48,119 bases of DNA from a bacterium (GTDB lineage Bacteria; Ratteibacteria; UBA8468), in the NCBI GenBank assembly GCA_030672255.1, contig DAOVGU010000137.1:1-48119 (forward strand), given 5' to 3'. The notes below the pieces were generated by a model. It ran no database searches, had not been told where the DNA came from, and saw only the letters and a list, made by a program, of their open reading frames with translations. The translations under genes were made by a program, and so were the position numbers. Position 1 is the stretch's first letter. Each line of letters starts with the position of its first letter. Shown here in pieces: positions 16,921-24,436 of the stretch.

Positions 16921-17288
16921 AGTATACTCGGAGTATTTCCTCGAGAGGACGCTCGTCTGGTGACTTCGCTCTGCTTTTCGGTTATTAGTGGGTGCAAGAA
17001 ACCTCAAAGCAAAGCCTCTTTACGGAAACACTCCTCCTCTCTGGTTTACATACAGAGGCGAGGAAGTTTCCTGAAGCGTGCCTTGTTACCGACTCGCGCC
17101 CCTCTGTGTCTCCCCACAAGTGGGGAGAACATTAAAAGAGAAGGACGAGCGAGGGTGCCTGTTGCGATGAATAAAGAGCAACGAGATTAGGCACGCCCGC
17201 CGAGATGTGAGGCGGGCCGGGGGAACGAGAGTGCAGATTCCCTCGCTGGGGGAATCAAGCGTGCCGCCGAAGAAACTTTCCGAGCCTC
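16921..17288. mobile_element. junction TIR element (family R4, larger composite) filling the mlaE-stop to mlaF-start gap exactly
   Basis: The right ~55 nt are identical in pattern to 16146-16200. The left end is AGTATACTCGGAGTATTTCCTCGAGAGG. It contains a nested R3 hairpin at 17109-17128. Confidence 0.7.
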
Positions 17289-18065
17289 TCATAAGAAATA
17301 AAAGAAAGCATTAATGATGAGATCGGCTAAGACAACCAGAAGAAAGGAGAAGGCCACCGAGAGCGTTGTTGCCCTTCCCACACCCTCTGCTCCTCCGGTA
17401 GTCTCAAACCCCTGACGAGAGGCCACAACCACAATAATGAGACCAAAGACAAAGGACTTTAAGAGCCCGATTAAAAGATCCTTGAAGAGAAGAAATTTGA
17501 ATGACTGATAAAGATACATATTTGAATTTATTCCCATCCCATAGACGGCAATGAACCAGCCACCAAAAATAGAAAGAAAAATAGCCATGAGAGTGAGAGC
17601 AGGCATCATAATGATAGCCGCGATGAGCCTTGGTCCCACCAGGTAACTTACAGGATTTACGGCAAGAGAGCGAAGGGCATCAATTTGCTCGGTAACCTGC
17701 ATGCTCCCTATCTCGGCACTGATTGCTGCTCCTACCCTGCTGGCAATAATTAAGGCGACAAAGATGGGGGACAACTCCCGAACAGCGGAGAGGCTAACTA
17801 GACTCCCTACATAGGTCTGGGCTCCTACCCTGCGGAGGGCAGCCGCCGATTGCATGGCCAATATCATCCCTAAAAGTATTGAGATAACACCAACCATTGG
17901 AAAAGACCTGTTCCCAAATTCATCCATCTGCTTGAGAACTTCCCTTCCCCTGAATTTTGAACTAAAAAGAGAGCCAACCGTTCTAAAACCGAGAAGTCCT
18001 AAGGAACCAAAATAGGAAAAGATACCTAATCCATTCCTGCCAAGTCTCTCCAAAAAATTAGTCAT
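17289..18065 (-). CDS. mlaE: ABC transporter permease
   Basis: Start at MTNFLERLG (ATG at 18063-18065). The polytopic protein looks like the MlaE/Ttg2B family. The upstream 60 codons of the ORF are R1 repeat sequence. Confidence 0.88.
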   Translation of the reverse strand: MTNFLERLGRNGLGIFSYFGSLGLLGFRTVGSLFSSKFRGREVLKQMDEFGNRSFPMVGVISILLGMILAMQSAAALRRVGAQTYVGSLVSLSAVRELSPIFVALIIASRVGAAISAEIGSMQVTEQIDALRSLAVNPVSYLVGPRLIAAIIMMPALTLMAIFLSIFGGWFIAVYGMGINSNMYLYQSFKFLLFKDLLIGLLKSFVFGLIIVVVASRQGFETTGGAEGVGRATTLSVAFSFLLVVLADLIINAFFYFL

Positions 18066-18107
18066 AAGTTCAATAGGATGCAGATTTTCACAGATGACAG
18101 TGCAACT

Positions 18108-18242
18108 GTCATTGCGAGGCCGAAGGCCGTGGCAATCCCTCACTTCTATGGGATTGCTTCGTCGTTCCACTCCTCGCAACGACTGCGTCGGATTGCTTCG
18201 CTTCGCTCGCAATGACAAGCGAGGGACCTCGCTCACAATGAC
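18108..18242. repeat. family R1 composite element
   Basis: The first ~55 nt are near-identical to 24249-24303. An extra CGTCGTTCCACTCCTCGCAACGACTGCGTCGGATTGCTTCG module is nested inside. Confidence 0.85.
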
Positions 18243-18262
18243 CATGTCACTTTAAACTATCT

Positions 18263-19648
18263 TCACTCCTGCCTGGGGGACCAGGGTTCAAACCTTGTAT
18301 ATTCCTTAATGAAGGTAAAGTTAATTGTGCCCGTAGGGCCATTACGTTGCTTGGCAATAATCAATTCAGTGGGCTCTTGCTTCTTTCCTTCCTCAGCAAT
18401 TCCCTCCCCCGTATTAAATACGGGGTCAGTAATTTCTTCCTCCTCGCGATAGAGAAGCAAAACCAAATCGGCATCCTGTTCCATGGCTCCACTTTCTCGT
18501 AAATCGGAGAGTCGTGGCCGTCGATGTTCCTCTGCCGCCCGTCTTAACTGAGAAAGGGCGATAATAGGAATCCCCAACTCTTTAGCCAGGGCTTTAAGGG
18601 AGGCAGAAATTTCGGTAATCTCCTGTTGTCGGTTCTCAATCCTCGTTCTTGTTTGCATCAACTGCAGATAGTCAACAATTACCAATTTAATTCCCTCCTT
18701 TGCCACCAGTCGCCTGGCCTTTGCCCTAATTTCCAAAATAGAAAGAGCCGGAGAGTCGTCAATAAAGATTGGCGCCTCCTGCAACCTGCCTGCGGCCATT
18801 GTTAGATTGGGCCAATCGGAATCTTTGGAAAAGCCGGTTCTTAACTTTAGGAGGTTTACCTTCGCCTCGGTGCAGAGCATCCTCTGAACTAACTGCTCCT
18901 TAGACATCTCTAAACTGAAAAAGGCTAAAGGTACTTTCTTCTTGGCGCCAAGATAAGAGGCGATGTTAGCCGCAAGGGAGGTTTTGCCAACCGAGGGGCG
19001 GGAGGCGACAATAATGAACTCCGAAGGTTGAAATCCTGAGGTTCGCATGTCCAGATCATAGAATCCGCTGGGCAGTCCCGTGATATAGCCTTTTTGGTCG
19101 GCTGCCTCCTCAATCGTCTCAATTGTCTGATGAACCAGCTCCCGAAAGGGGATAACCTCTCCTTTCCTCTTGCGATATCCTCCCACATCAAAAATAAGTT
19201 TTTCTGCTTCATCCAGAGTTTTATCAACATCATCGCTTTCCCAAACTTCATTAACAATTTTATTGCTATTCTCAATGAGACGCCGCAGGATAAACTTATC
19301 CCTCACAATCTTAATATATTGCTCGATATTTGCTGCCGAAGGAACGGCATCAATAAGCTTTGTGAGGTAGCTGGAACCACCAACCACTTCTAAATTGTGC
19401 TCACTTTTCAGTCTGTTCGTCAGGGTAACAAGATCGCAGGACTCATTCTTCTCAAAGAGATTCACAATTGCCTTAAAGATTTCACGATGGGCTTCCTTAT
19501 AAAAATTTTCTGGAGCAATCTCCTCAATCGCCTTATTTCTGGCCTTTTCCTCTAAAAGCATGGAGCCAAGAAGTGCTTGCTCAGCCTCGATATTGGCCGG
19601 TGGACTCTTCCCTATTTCCTCAACAGGAGAACTCTTTCTTCTCGCCAT
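18263..19648 (-). CDS. dnaB: replicative DNA helicase
   Basis: 461 aa. Motifs are NIEAEQALLGSML, Walker A SRPSVGKTS, and C-terminal AKQRNGPTG. Confidence 0.95.
   Translation of the reverse strand: MARRKSSPVEEIGKSPPANIEAEQALLGSMLLEEKARNKAIEEIAPENFYKEAHREIFKAIVNLFEKNESCDLVTLTNRLKSEHNLEVVGGSSYLTKLIDAVPSAANIEQYIKIVRDKFILRRLIENSNKIVNEVWESDDVDKTLDEAEKLIFDVGGYRKRKGEVIPFRELVHQTIETIEEAADQKGYITGLPSGFYDLDMRTSGFQPSEFIIVASRPSVGKTSLAANIASYLGAKKKVPLAFFSLEMSKEQLVQRMLCTEAKVNLLKLRTGFSKDSDWPNLTMAAGRLQEAPIFIDDSPALSILEIRAKARRLVAKEGIKLVIVDYLQLMQTRTRIENRQQEITEISASLKALAKELGIPIIALSQLRRAAEEHRRPRLSDLRESGAMEQDADLVLLLYREEEEITDPVFNTGEGIAEEGKKQEPTELIIAKQRNGPTGTINFTFIKEYTRFEPWSPRQE
18406..18425. repeat. R2 palindrome in frame in dnaB
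   Basis: CCCCCGTATTAAATACGGGG is read on the minus strand as (D)PVFNTG(E). Confidence 0.9.
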
Positions 19649-19659
19649 TTGAGATTCTT

Positions 19660-19678
19660 CCCCCGTATTAAATACGGA
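19660..19678. repeat. R2 palindrome (one arm degenerate), rplI-dnaB intergenic
   Basis: CCCCCGTATTAAATACGGA. Confidence 0.8.
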
Positions 19679-19693
19679 GTCAGAATGACTTCG

Positions 19694-20146
19694 TCACCTT
19701 TCCTTTATTACCCAAACCTTCAACTCGCTTTCTATCCCGGGAGCCAACTTCAAAGGAACCTTATAGACCCCTAACCTCTTTATTGGTTCGGGTAGAAGGA
19801 TCGATTGCTTTTTTAGTTTGATCCCATGCTCCTGGAAAAGAGCGGTAATAATCTCCTCCTTTGTCACCGAGCCAAAAAGCCTCTCGGCCTCTCCTACCCG
19901 AGCGGCGATGGTGCAGGAGATCTTTCCTATTTTTTCTGCCAATCTTCTTGTGGCCTCTTTCTCCCTTTCCTCCTTTTCTCTCTTCCTCTTCTTTTCTACC
20001 TCTAATAGTTTGATATTACTTATCGTCGCTGAATAGGCCCATCCTTTCGGGAGAAGAAAATTTCTGGCATAACCATCCTTTACCTCAATCACCTCTCCCC
20101 CTTTTCCTAATTTTTCCACATCCTTCCTTAGAACGATTTTCATCAT
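19694..20146 (-). CDS. rplI: 50S ribosomal protein L9
   Basis: 150 aa. N-terminus is MKIVLRKDVEKLGKGGEVIEVKDGYARNFLLPKG. Confidence 0.95.
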   Translation of the reverse strand: MMKIVLRKDVEKLGKGGEVIEVKDGYARNFLLPKGWAYSATISNIKLLEVEKKRKREKEEREKEATRRLAEKIGKISCTIAARVGEAERLFGSVTKEEIITALFQEHGIKLKKQSILLPEPIKRLGVYKVPLKLAPGIESELKVWVIKER

Positions 20147-20279
20147 ATGTTCGGACTATCTTCTTCAGCGGCACGCTTGTTTGGTCTCGCACCGATGGTG
20201 CTCGGTCAGGGTGCGAGATGTGAGCACCCTGCCTGACGAAGCGATAGCTGAGAAGACCTCTCGAGGAAATACTCCGAGC
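20147..20279. mobile_element. junction TIR element (family R4) filling the rpsR-stop to rplI-start gap exactly
   Basis: Left end ATATGTTCGGACTATCTTCTTCAGC, right end GCTGAGAAGACCTCTCGAGGAAATACTCCGAGCC. It touches TAG (20280-20282) and ATG (20144-20146). Confidence 0.75.
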
Positions 20280-20528
20280 CTACCGAACCATATATGGCAA
20301 TAGCGCCATAAACCTTGCCCTCTTAATTGCCCGGGCAAGGGCACGCTGATGCTTAAGGCAGGTTCCGGTAGTAGAGCGGGGAAGGATTTTGCCCCTACCG
20401 CTGATGCATCTTCTAATTCTGCTTATCTCTTTATAATCGATTTCTTTAATCTTATCCTTGCAGAATCTACATACCTTCGGAAGTGGCCTCTCCTTCTTCC
20501 TTTTCTTTCTTTTCCTCCCTTTCACCAT
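20280..20528 (-). CDS. rpsR: 30S ribosomal protein S18
   Basis: 82 aa. Motifs are [15 protein letters not shown]...LPYM. Confidence 0.93.
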   Translation of the reverse strand: MVKGRKRKKRKKERPLPKVCRFCKDKIKEIDYKEISRIRRCISGRGKILPRSTTGTCLKHQRALARAIKRARFMALLPYMVR

Positions 20529-20889
20529 AGGTAACCTCTCCCTCCAGGGTCTGCACAGGAGCTTTTCCTAAAAATTGTAGCCTCTCAATCCTTACCTCCA
20601 AGGTACTACGCTTCTCCTTATTCGCCGTCTCCCAACTCCGATAGACAAGTCTTCCCTCCACGAATATTGGGCTTCCCTTTTTGAGATACTCCCCGGCTAA
20701 TTCCGCCTGTCTGCCCCAGGCAACTAAAGTAACAAAGCAGGTCTCTTCCTTTAACTCCCCTTCCTTACTCCTGTACTTCCGGCTGGTGGCTAATCCAAGA
20801 TTAGCCACGGGAGTTCCTCCTGCAGTATAACGCACCTCAGGATCCCTGGTTAAATTTCCGATTAAAAAAACCTTATTGCAATTAGCCAC
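20467..20889 (-). CDS. ssb: single-stranded DNA-binding protein
   Basis: 140 aa. OB fold [21 protein letters not shown] start. The tail overlaps rpsR by 62 nt and lacks the canonical DDDIPF tip. Confidence 0.9.
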   Translation of the reverse strand: MANCNKVFLIGNLTRDPEVRYTAGGTPVANLGLATSRKYRSKEGELKEETCFVTLVAWGRQAELAGEYLKKGSPIFVEGRLVYRSWETANKEKRSTLEVRIERLQFLGKAPVQTLEGEVTYGEREEKKEKEEGEATSEGM

Positions 20890-21173
20890 TATTTTTTAAG
20901 AATGAAATACCTTAAAACTTTCCCCTTCAAATCGAGTTCCTTCTTGATATCCCCTATACTCTCTGGGAAAAGTTTCATCTCAAAGAGAACATAAAAGCCC
21001 TCCTTTTTCTCTTTGATGGGATAGGCAAGCATTCGCTTTCCCCAGATATTGGTCGTCTCAACTTTCCCTTTATGCTTATCGATGAGCTTGGTAATTCCTT
21101 CAACCTCTCCCTTAACTTCTTCCTCCCCTAAGCCGGGATCAAGAATAAACAGATTTTCGTAACTTTTTATCAT
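20889..21173 (-). CDS. rpsF: 30S ribosomal protein S6
   Basis: 94 aa. N-terminal region YENLFILDPGLGEEE. Confidence 0.93.
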   Translation of the reverse strand: MIKSYENLFILDPGLGEEEVKGEVEGITKLIDKHKGKVETTNIWGKRMLAYPIKEKKEGFYVLFEMKLFPESIGDIKKELDLKGKVLRYFILKK

Positions 21174-21182
21174 AATCTTTTT

Positions 21183-21210
21183 ATTATACCGTTTTCTCTT
21201 AAAAAGTCAA
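21183..21210 (-). promoter_or_regulatory. near-consensus promoter of the rpsF-ssb-rpsR-rplI operon
   Basis: The minus strand reads TTGACT (21210-21205), a 16-nt spacer, TATAAT (21188-21183), then 9 nt, then the ATG. Confidence 0.55.
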
Positions 21211-21211
21211 A

Positions 21212-21298
21212 TGGTGGGGATAGAGAGATTTGAACTCTCACGGTCTTTCGACCACTAGCTCCTGAAGCTAGCGCGTCTGCCAGTTCCACCATATCCCC
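21212..21298 (-). tRNA. tRNA-Leu (anticodon CAG), CCA encoded
   Basis: The minus strand reads GGGGATATGGTGGAACTGGCAGACGCGCTAGC-TTCAGGA-GCTAGTGGTCGAAAGACCGTGAGAGTTCAAATCTCTCTATCCCCACCA. It is a class II tRNA with a long variable arm. Confidence 0.93.
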
Positions 21299-21378
21299 AA
21301 AATCTTTTTTATAACCGCAGATACACACAGATGAACACGGATGTCATTCTGAGCCAAAGGCGAAGAATCTCTCCTTTG

Positions 21379-22260
21379 TTATCTGCGTATATCTGTGTTA
21401 ATCTGTGGTTGCATAATATTTAAAATATTCATCAGCATTACCTCTAAGGAAAGCTTAGGGTTAGCGCTCTGATGAATCTGGGCACGAGTTTCGATAATGA
21501 GATCGATGAGTTCCATAATCTGAGAGGAGTTTAACTCCTCATCAATCAGCTCTAAATTACTCAATAATTTCCTTTCTGCCCCATTTTTAAGGAGAAGAAG
21601 GTCACGATAAAAAGATAGGAGCAATTTTAGAGAGGAATCTAGCCCCCCACCAATATTGGTGGGGGGTAAAATTTCCTCCGCCATAGCAAAAATCTCCGAA
21701 GGATTCTGCAAAGAAAGGGAATTAATATCTGTGATCAGGCTTCTCTGAAGTTCTCTCTCCTCCTTTTTGAGAACTCTCCTACCAGTAGAAAACATAATCT
21801 TTTGACACCGGGAGACGATTGTAGGAAGAAACTCCTTATCACTTTTGGCAATCAGGAGGAGTGTCGTATACTCAGGCGGTTCCTCCAGGGTCTTCAGGAA
21901 GGCATTGCTTGCTTCTTCATTTAACCTCTCGACCTCAAAGATATAGACCCTTTTCTTCCCCAGAAAAGGTTTAAGCCACATCTCTTTCTGAATTTCCCTT
22001 AGTTCATCGATCGTAAGAGAGGAGACCACACCTTCTCCCCTCAACCATTTCACATCGGGATGGATAAAGGATCCAATCTTCAAGCAGTTTTCGCAGCTAT
22101 TGCAGGGAAAATTGCTCTTCTCGCATTCGATCGCTTTGGCAAAGTTTAAAGCGACCTTTTCTTTATCCTCAGAAGAGCCAGCAAAGAAGAGATAGGCAGA
22201 ACTCAAGCGTCCCTTAGCGATCGAATTTTTCAGATAGCGCTCGATTTTTTCGGTTTCCAT
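21379..22260 (-). CDS. holB: DNA polymerase III subunit delta'
   Basis: 293 aa. It has an AAA+-like N-terminus, Zn module CNSCENC, and TLEEPP. The last ~11 codons (QPQINTDIRR) are repeat-derived. Confidence 0.85.
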   Translation of the reverse strand: METEKIERYLKNSIAKGRLSSAYLFFAGSSEDKEKVALNFAKAIECEKSNFPCNSCENCLKIGSFIHPDVKWLRGEGVVSSLTIDELREIQKEMWLKPFLGKKRVYIFEVERLNEEASNAFLKTLEEPPEYTTLLLIAKSDKEFLPTIVSRCQKIMFSTGRRVLKKEERELQRSLITDINSLSLQNPSEIFAMAEEILPPTNIGGGLDSSLKLLLSFYRDLLLLKNGAERKLLSNLELIDEELNSSQIMELIDLIIETRAQIHQSANPKLSLEVMLMNILNIMQPQINTDIRR

Positions 22261-22338
22261 AATTTTTAACCACAGATTAATGGAGACAACAACAGAGAAA
22301 AATCTTTAACAACGTTAAGATTTTCACAGATTTCCACG

Positions 22339-23514
22339 TCATCCCTTGTATGGCTGGCCCGAAGGTTCAACTTTGGGCAACCCAACGATATCCCAAAATG
22401 TTGTACCGGGGAACGGCTCGCGGCGCAAGTCAGGAATGGCAAGTGGCAGGCCACCAAGTTCTGCAGATTTGTTGGCGATGATTCCCGGAAGTGAATACTC
22501 AATAGCACGGTACACGTTGATCGGTGAAGGTTTGCCTCGGATTATGGTTTCAGTAAAGTATTTTGCTACTTTAAAATCAGTACCCCCATGACCTGTGCTG
22601 ACATCTTCATCTTTCGCTGCGCTACCGATATCCACTCGCTGCCAAGCCTCTTTTTGCTGGTCTCGATCCATCCGACGGCAGAATCCCTCGTAACTGAACC
22701 ACTCCGTGCTTCCCCCTGTTCCCATGAGACGATAGCGATGGCCAGAGGGCTGTCGCGTGCTTAAGGTAACCATGATCTTAATAAGTCTTCCTTTGGCTGT
22801 GTGAAACAATGCGATCTGGCCGTCGGAACGCAGGGGTGCTTCCTTACATCGCCAAGGTGCACTACGGCACGTAACTGACACGCAACGGTCGTCTAGCACC
22901 TCCAGCAATGGACCCAAATCATGGGTAAGATACTGTATAGGGGGTTGGTCGGCGCGCCAGATGGGCTTACAATCGGTTCGTCCTTGTGCTTTCGCTTCAC
23001 TGGGAGAAAAGCGACTACCATCAGAAGCGAATAAAGTTTGGGGTAAGTAGTGCAGATATTCGGCCTCGGCAATGGAAATCGGACCGAAGCGACCATTGAG
23101 TAACCACTTTCGCCAGTGACGCAGAAAATCCAGAAAACTGGAGTTTTCGGCCAGCATGTAAGTTTTTCCGGTACGTTCTACCGTGTCTCGCAAATGAATG
23201 AATTCCTCTTCTGTATATGCACCCGGCACTTCGGAAAGAACATCACATCCAGCTTCCATAGCTTGGCAAGAATGTTCCACCTGAAGCTTGCCGTTGCTGG
23301 CGACGACAACAGCATCGGGATTCATTGCCAACAACTCGTCGAATTCTGAAACTACCTTTCCCCCTGCAGGTTCCAACAATTCTTTACCCTTCTCTCGAAG
23401 CATTGGGAATCGGTCGCACGCACCAATTACCTCAGCCTGTTCTACCTTCAGAAAGTTCCGTAAGTGTGTTATGCCGCGACCAAGTCCCAAGATGCCAACT
23501 TTCAATTTGTCCAT
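22339..23514 (-). CDS. Gfo/Idh/MocA-family oxidoreductase
   Basis: 391 aa with Rossmann motif KVGILGLGRG. It is visibly GC-richer (about 47-58% in spot-counted lines) than its neighbours, and it is repeat-free. Confidence 0.8.
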   Translation of the reverse strand: MDKLKVGILGLGRGITHLRNFLKVEQAEVIGACDRFPMLREKGKELLEPAGGKVVSEFDELLAMNPDAVVVASNGKLQVEHSCQAMEAGCDVLSEVPGAYTEEEFIHLRDTVERTGKTYMLAENSSFLDFLRHWRKWLLNGRFGPISIAEAEYLHYLPQTLFASDGSRFSPSEAKAQGRTDCKPIWRADQPPIQYLTHDLGPLLEVLDDRCVSVTCRSAPWRCKEAPLRSDGQIALFHTAKGRLIKIMVTLSTRQPSGHRYRLMGTGGSTEWFSYEGFCRRMDRDQQKEAWQRVDIGSAAKDEDVSTGHGGTDFKVAKYFTETIIRGKPSPINVYRAIEYSLPGIIANKSAELGGLPLAIPDLRREPFPGTTFWDIVGLPKVEPSGQPYKG

Positions 23515-23593
23515 GCCCCCCCTTTTTTTAACACTATGTGGCTAAAAAATATTCTCCTTCAATACTAATCTATGTTTTCTGGAGCTGCAATTT

Positions 23594-24220
23594 TCACGTT
23601 TTTGTGTATTTTTGCAAATATGGAATTACTACCTTTTTTATCTCTTGAAATGTATCATCTTCATCTGCTCTTACAGAAATTGTCTTAATCCTTTTCTTAT
23701 TAGAAAGAGCAATTTTAAGGTAGCCCTTTCTCACTCGCTGATGGAAAGGCAAAGATTCCTTCTCGAACCTGTCCCTTCTGCTCTTAGTTCTCTTTAAAGC
23801 AAACTCTGGCCTTTCGTCCAGAAGGATAGTGAGGTCTGGGCTTATCCCCTTTGTAATAACTCTGTTTAACCTTGTTATTAAGCTCTTGGGTATTCCTCTT
23901 CCATATCCCTGGTAGGCAAGGGTTGAATCGGAAAACCGATCAATAATAAGAACTTTTCCCTTCTTAAGGGAGGGAAGGATAGTTTCTTTTACCAACTGGC
24001 TCCGAGCAGCAAGAAAGAGAAATAGTTCGCTAAGTGGTACTATTTCGTGGTTAGAATAAAGTAAGGTCTTTTTGACACTTTCGCCAAGATTGCTTCCTCC
24101 CGGTTCCCTGAGATGAATAACATCATACCTTTTTCTCTTTAGCCAATGGTATAGTTTTCTGCTTTGTGTGGACTTACCACTTCCATCAATCCCCTCAAAA
24201 CTAATCAGAATGCCTTTCAT
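23594..24220 (-). CDS. tmk: thymidylate kinase
   Basis: P-loop FEGIDGSGKSTQ. The ATG at 24218-24220 is preferred over the GTG at 24232. Confidence 0.92.
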   Translation of the reverse strand: MKGILISFEGIDGSGKSTQSRKLYHWLKRKRYDVIHLREPGGSNLGESVKKTLLYSNHEIVPLSELFLFLAARSQLVKETILPSLKKGKVLIIDRFSDSTLAYQGYGRGIPKSLITRLNRVITKGISPDLTILLDERPEFALKRTKSRRDRFEKESLPFHQRVRKGYLKIALSNKKRIKTISVRADEDDTFQEIKKVVIPYLQKYTKT

Positions 24221-24232
24221 TATTTTAACCAC

Positions 24233-24436
24233 AGATTAACACAGGAATGTCATTGCGAGGCCGAAGGCCGTGGCAATCCCTCACTTCTATGGGATTGCTT
24301 CGCTTCGCTCGCAATGACAGTTGCATTGTCATCTGCGTTTATCTGCGTCCAATAAATTACACCCCCACCTACCTCCCCCCTTGAGGGGGAGGATTGAGGA
24401 GAGGGGTAACTTTGAAATTCCATACGATAAATTATT
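24233..24436. repeat. intergenic mosaic of five repeat families in series
   Basis: In order: AACCACAGATTAACACAG; R1 (24249-24318); ATCTGCGTTTATCTGCG; R3 (24361-24406); the 21-mer TTGAAATTCCATACGATAAAT (24412-24432). Confidence 0.85.

Noticed and set aside
16921-17007. N-terminal ORF extensions (also 4905-4961, 15990-16019, 18066-18245, 27447-27497, 43958-44122, 45563-45604)
   Set aside because: The extensions consist of repeat DNA or overlap promoter-like sequences. Conserved protein N-termini begin at internal ATGs, which were used instead.
22261-23593. Integrative element or prophage remnant around the GC-rich oxidoreductase
   Set aside because: It is a single gene with no integrase, no tRNA-derived att repeats and no direct repeats beyond the ubiquitous AACCACAGAT motif. 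It is reported only as probable HGT.
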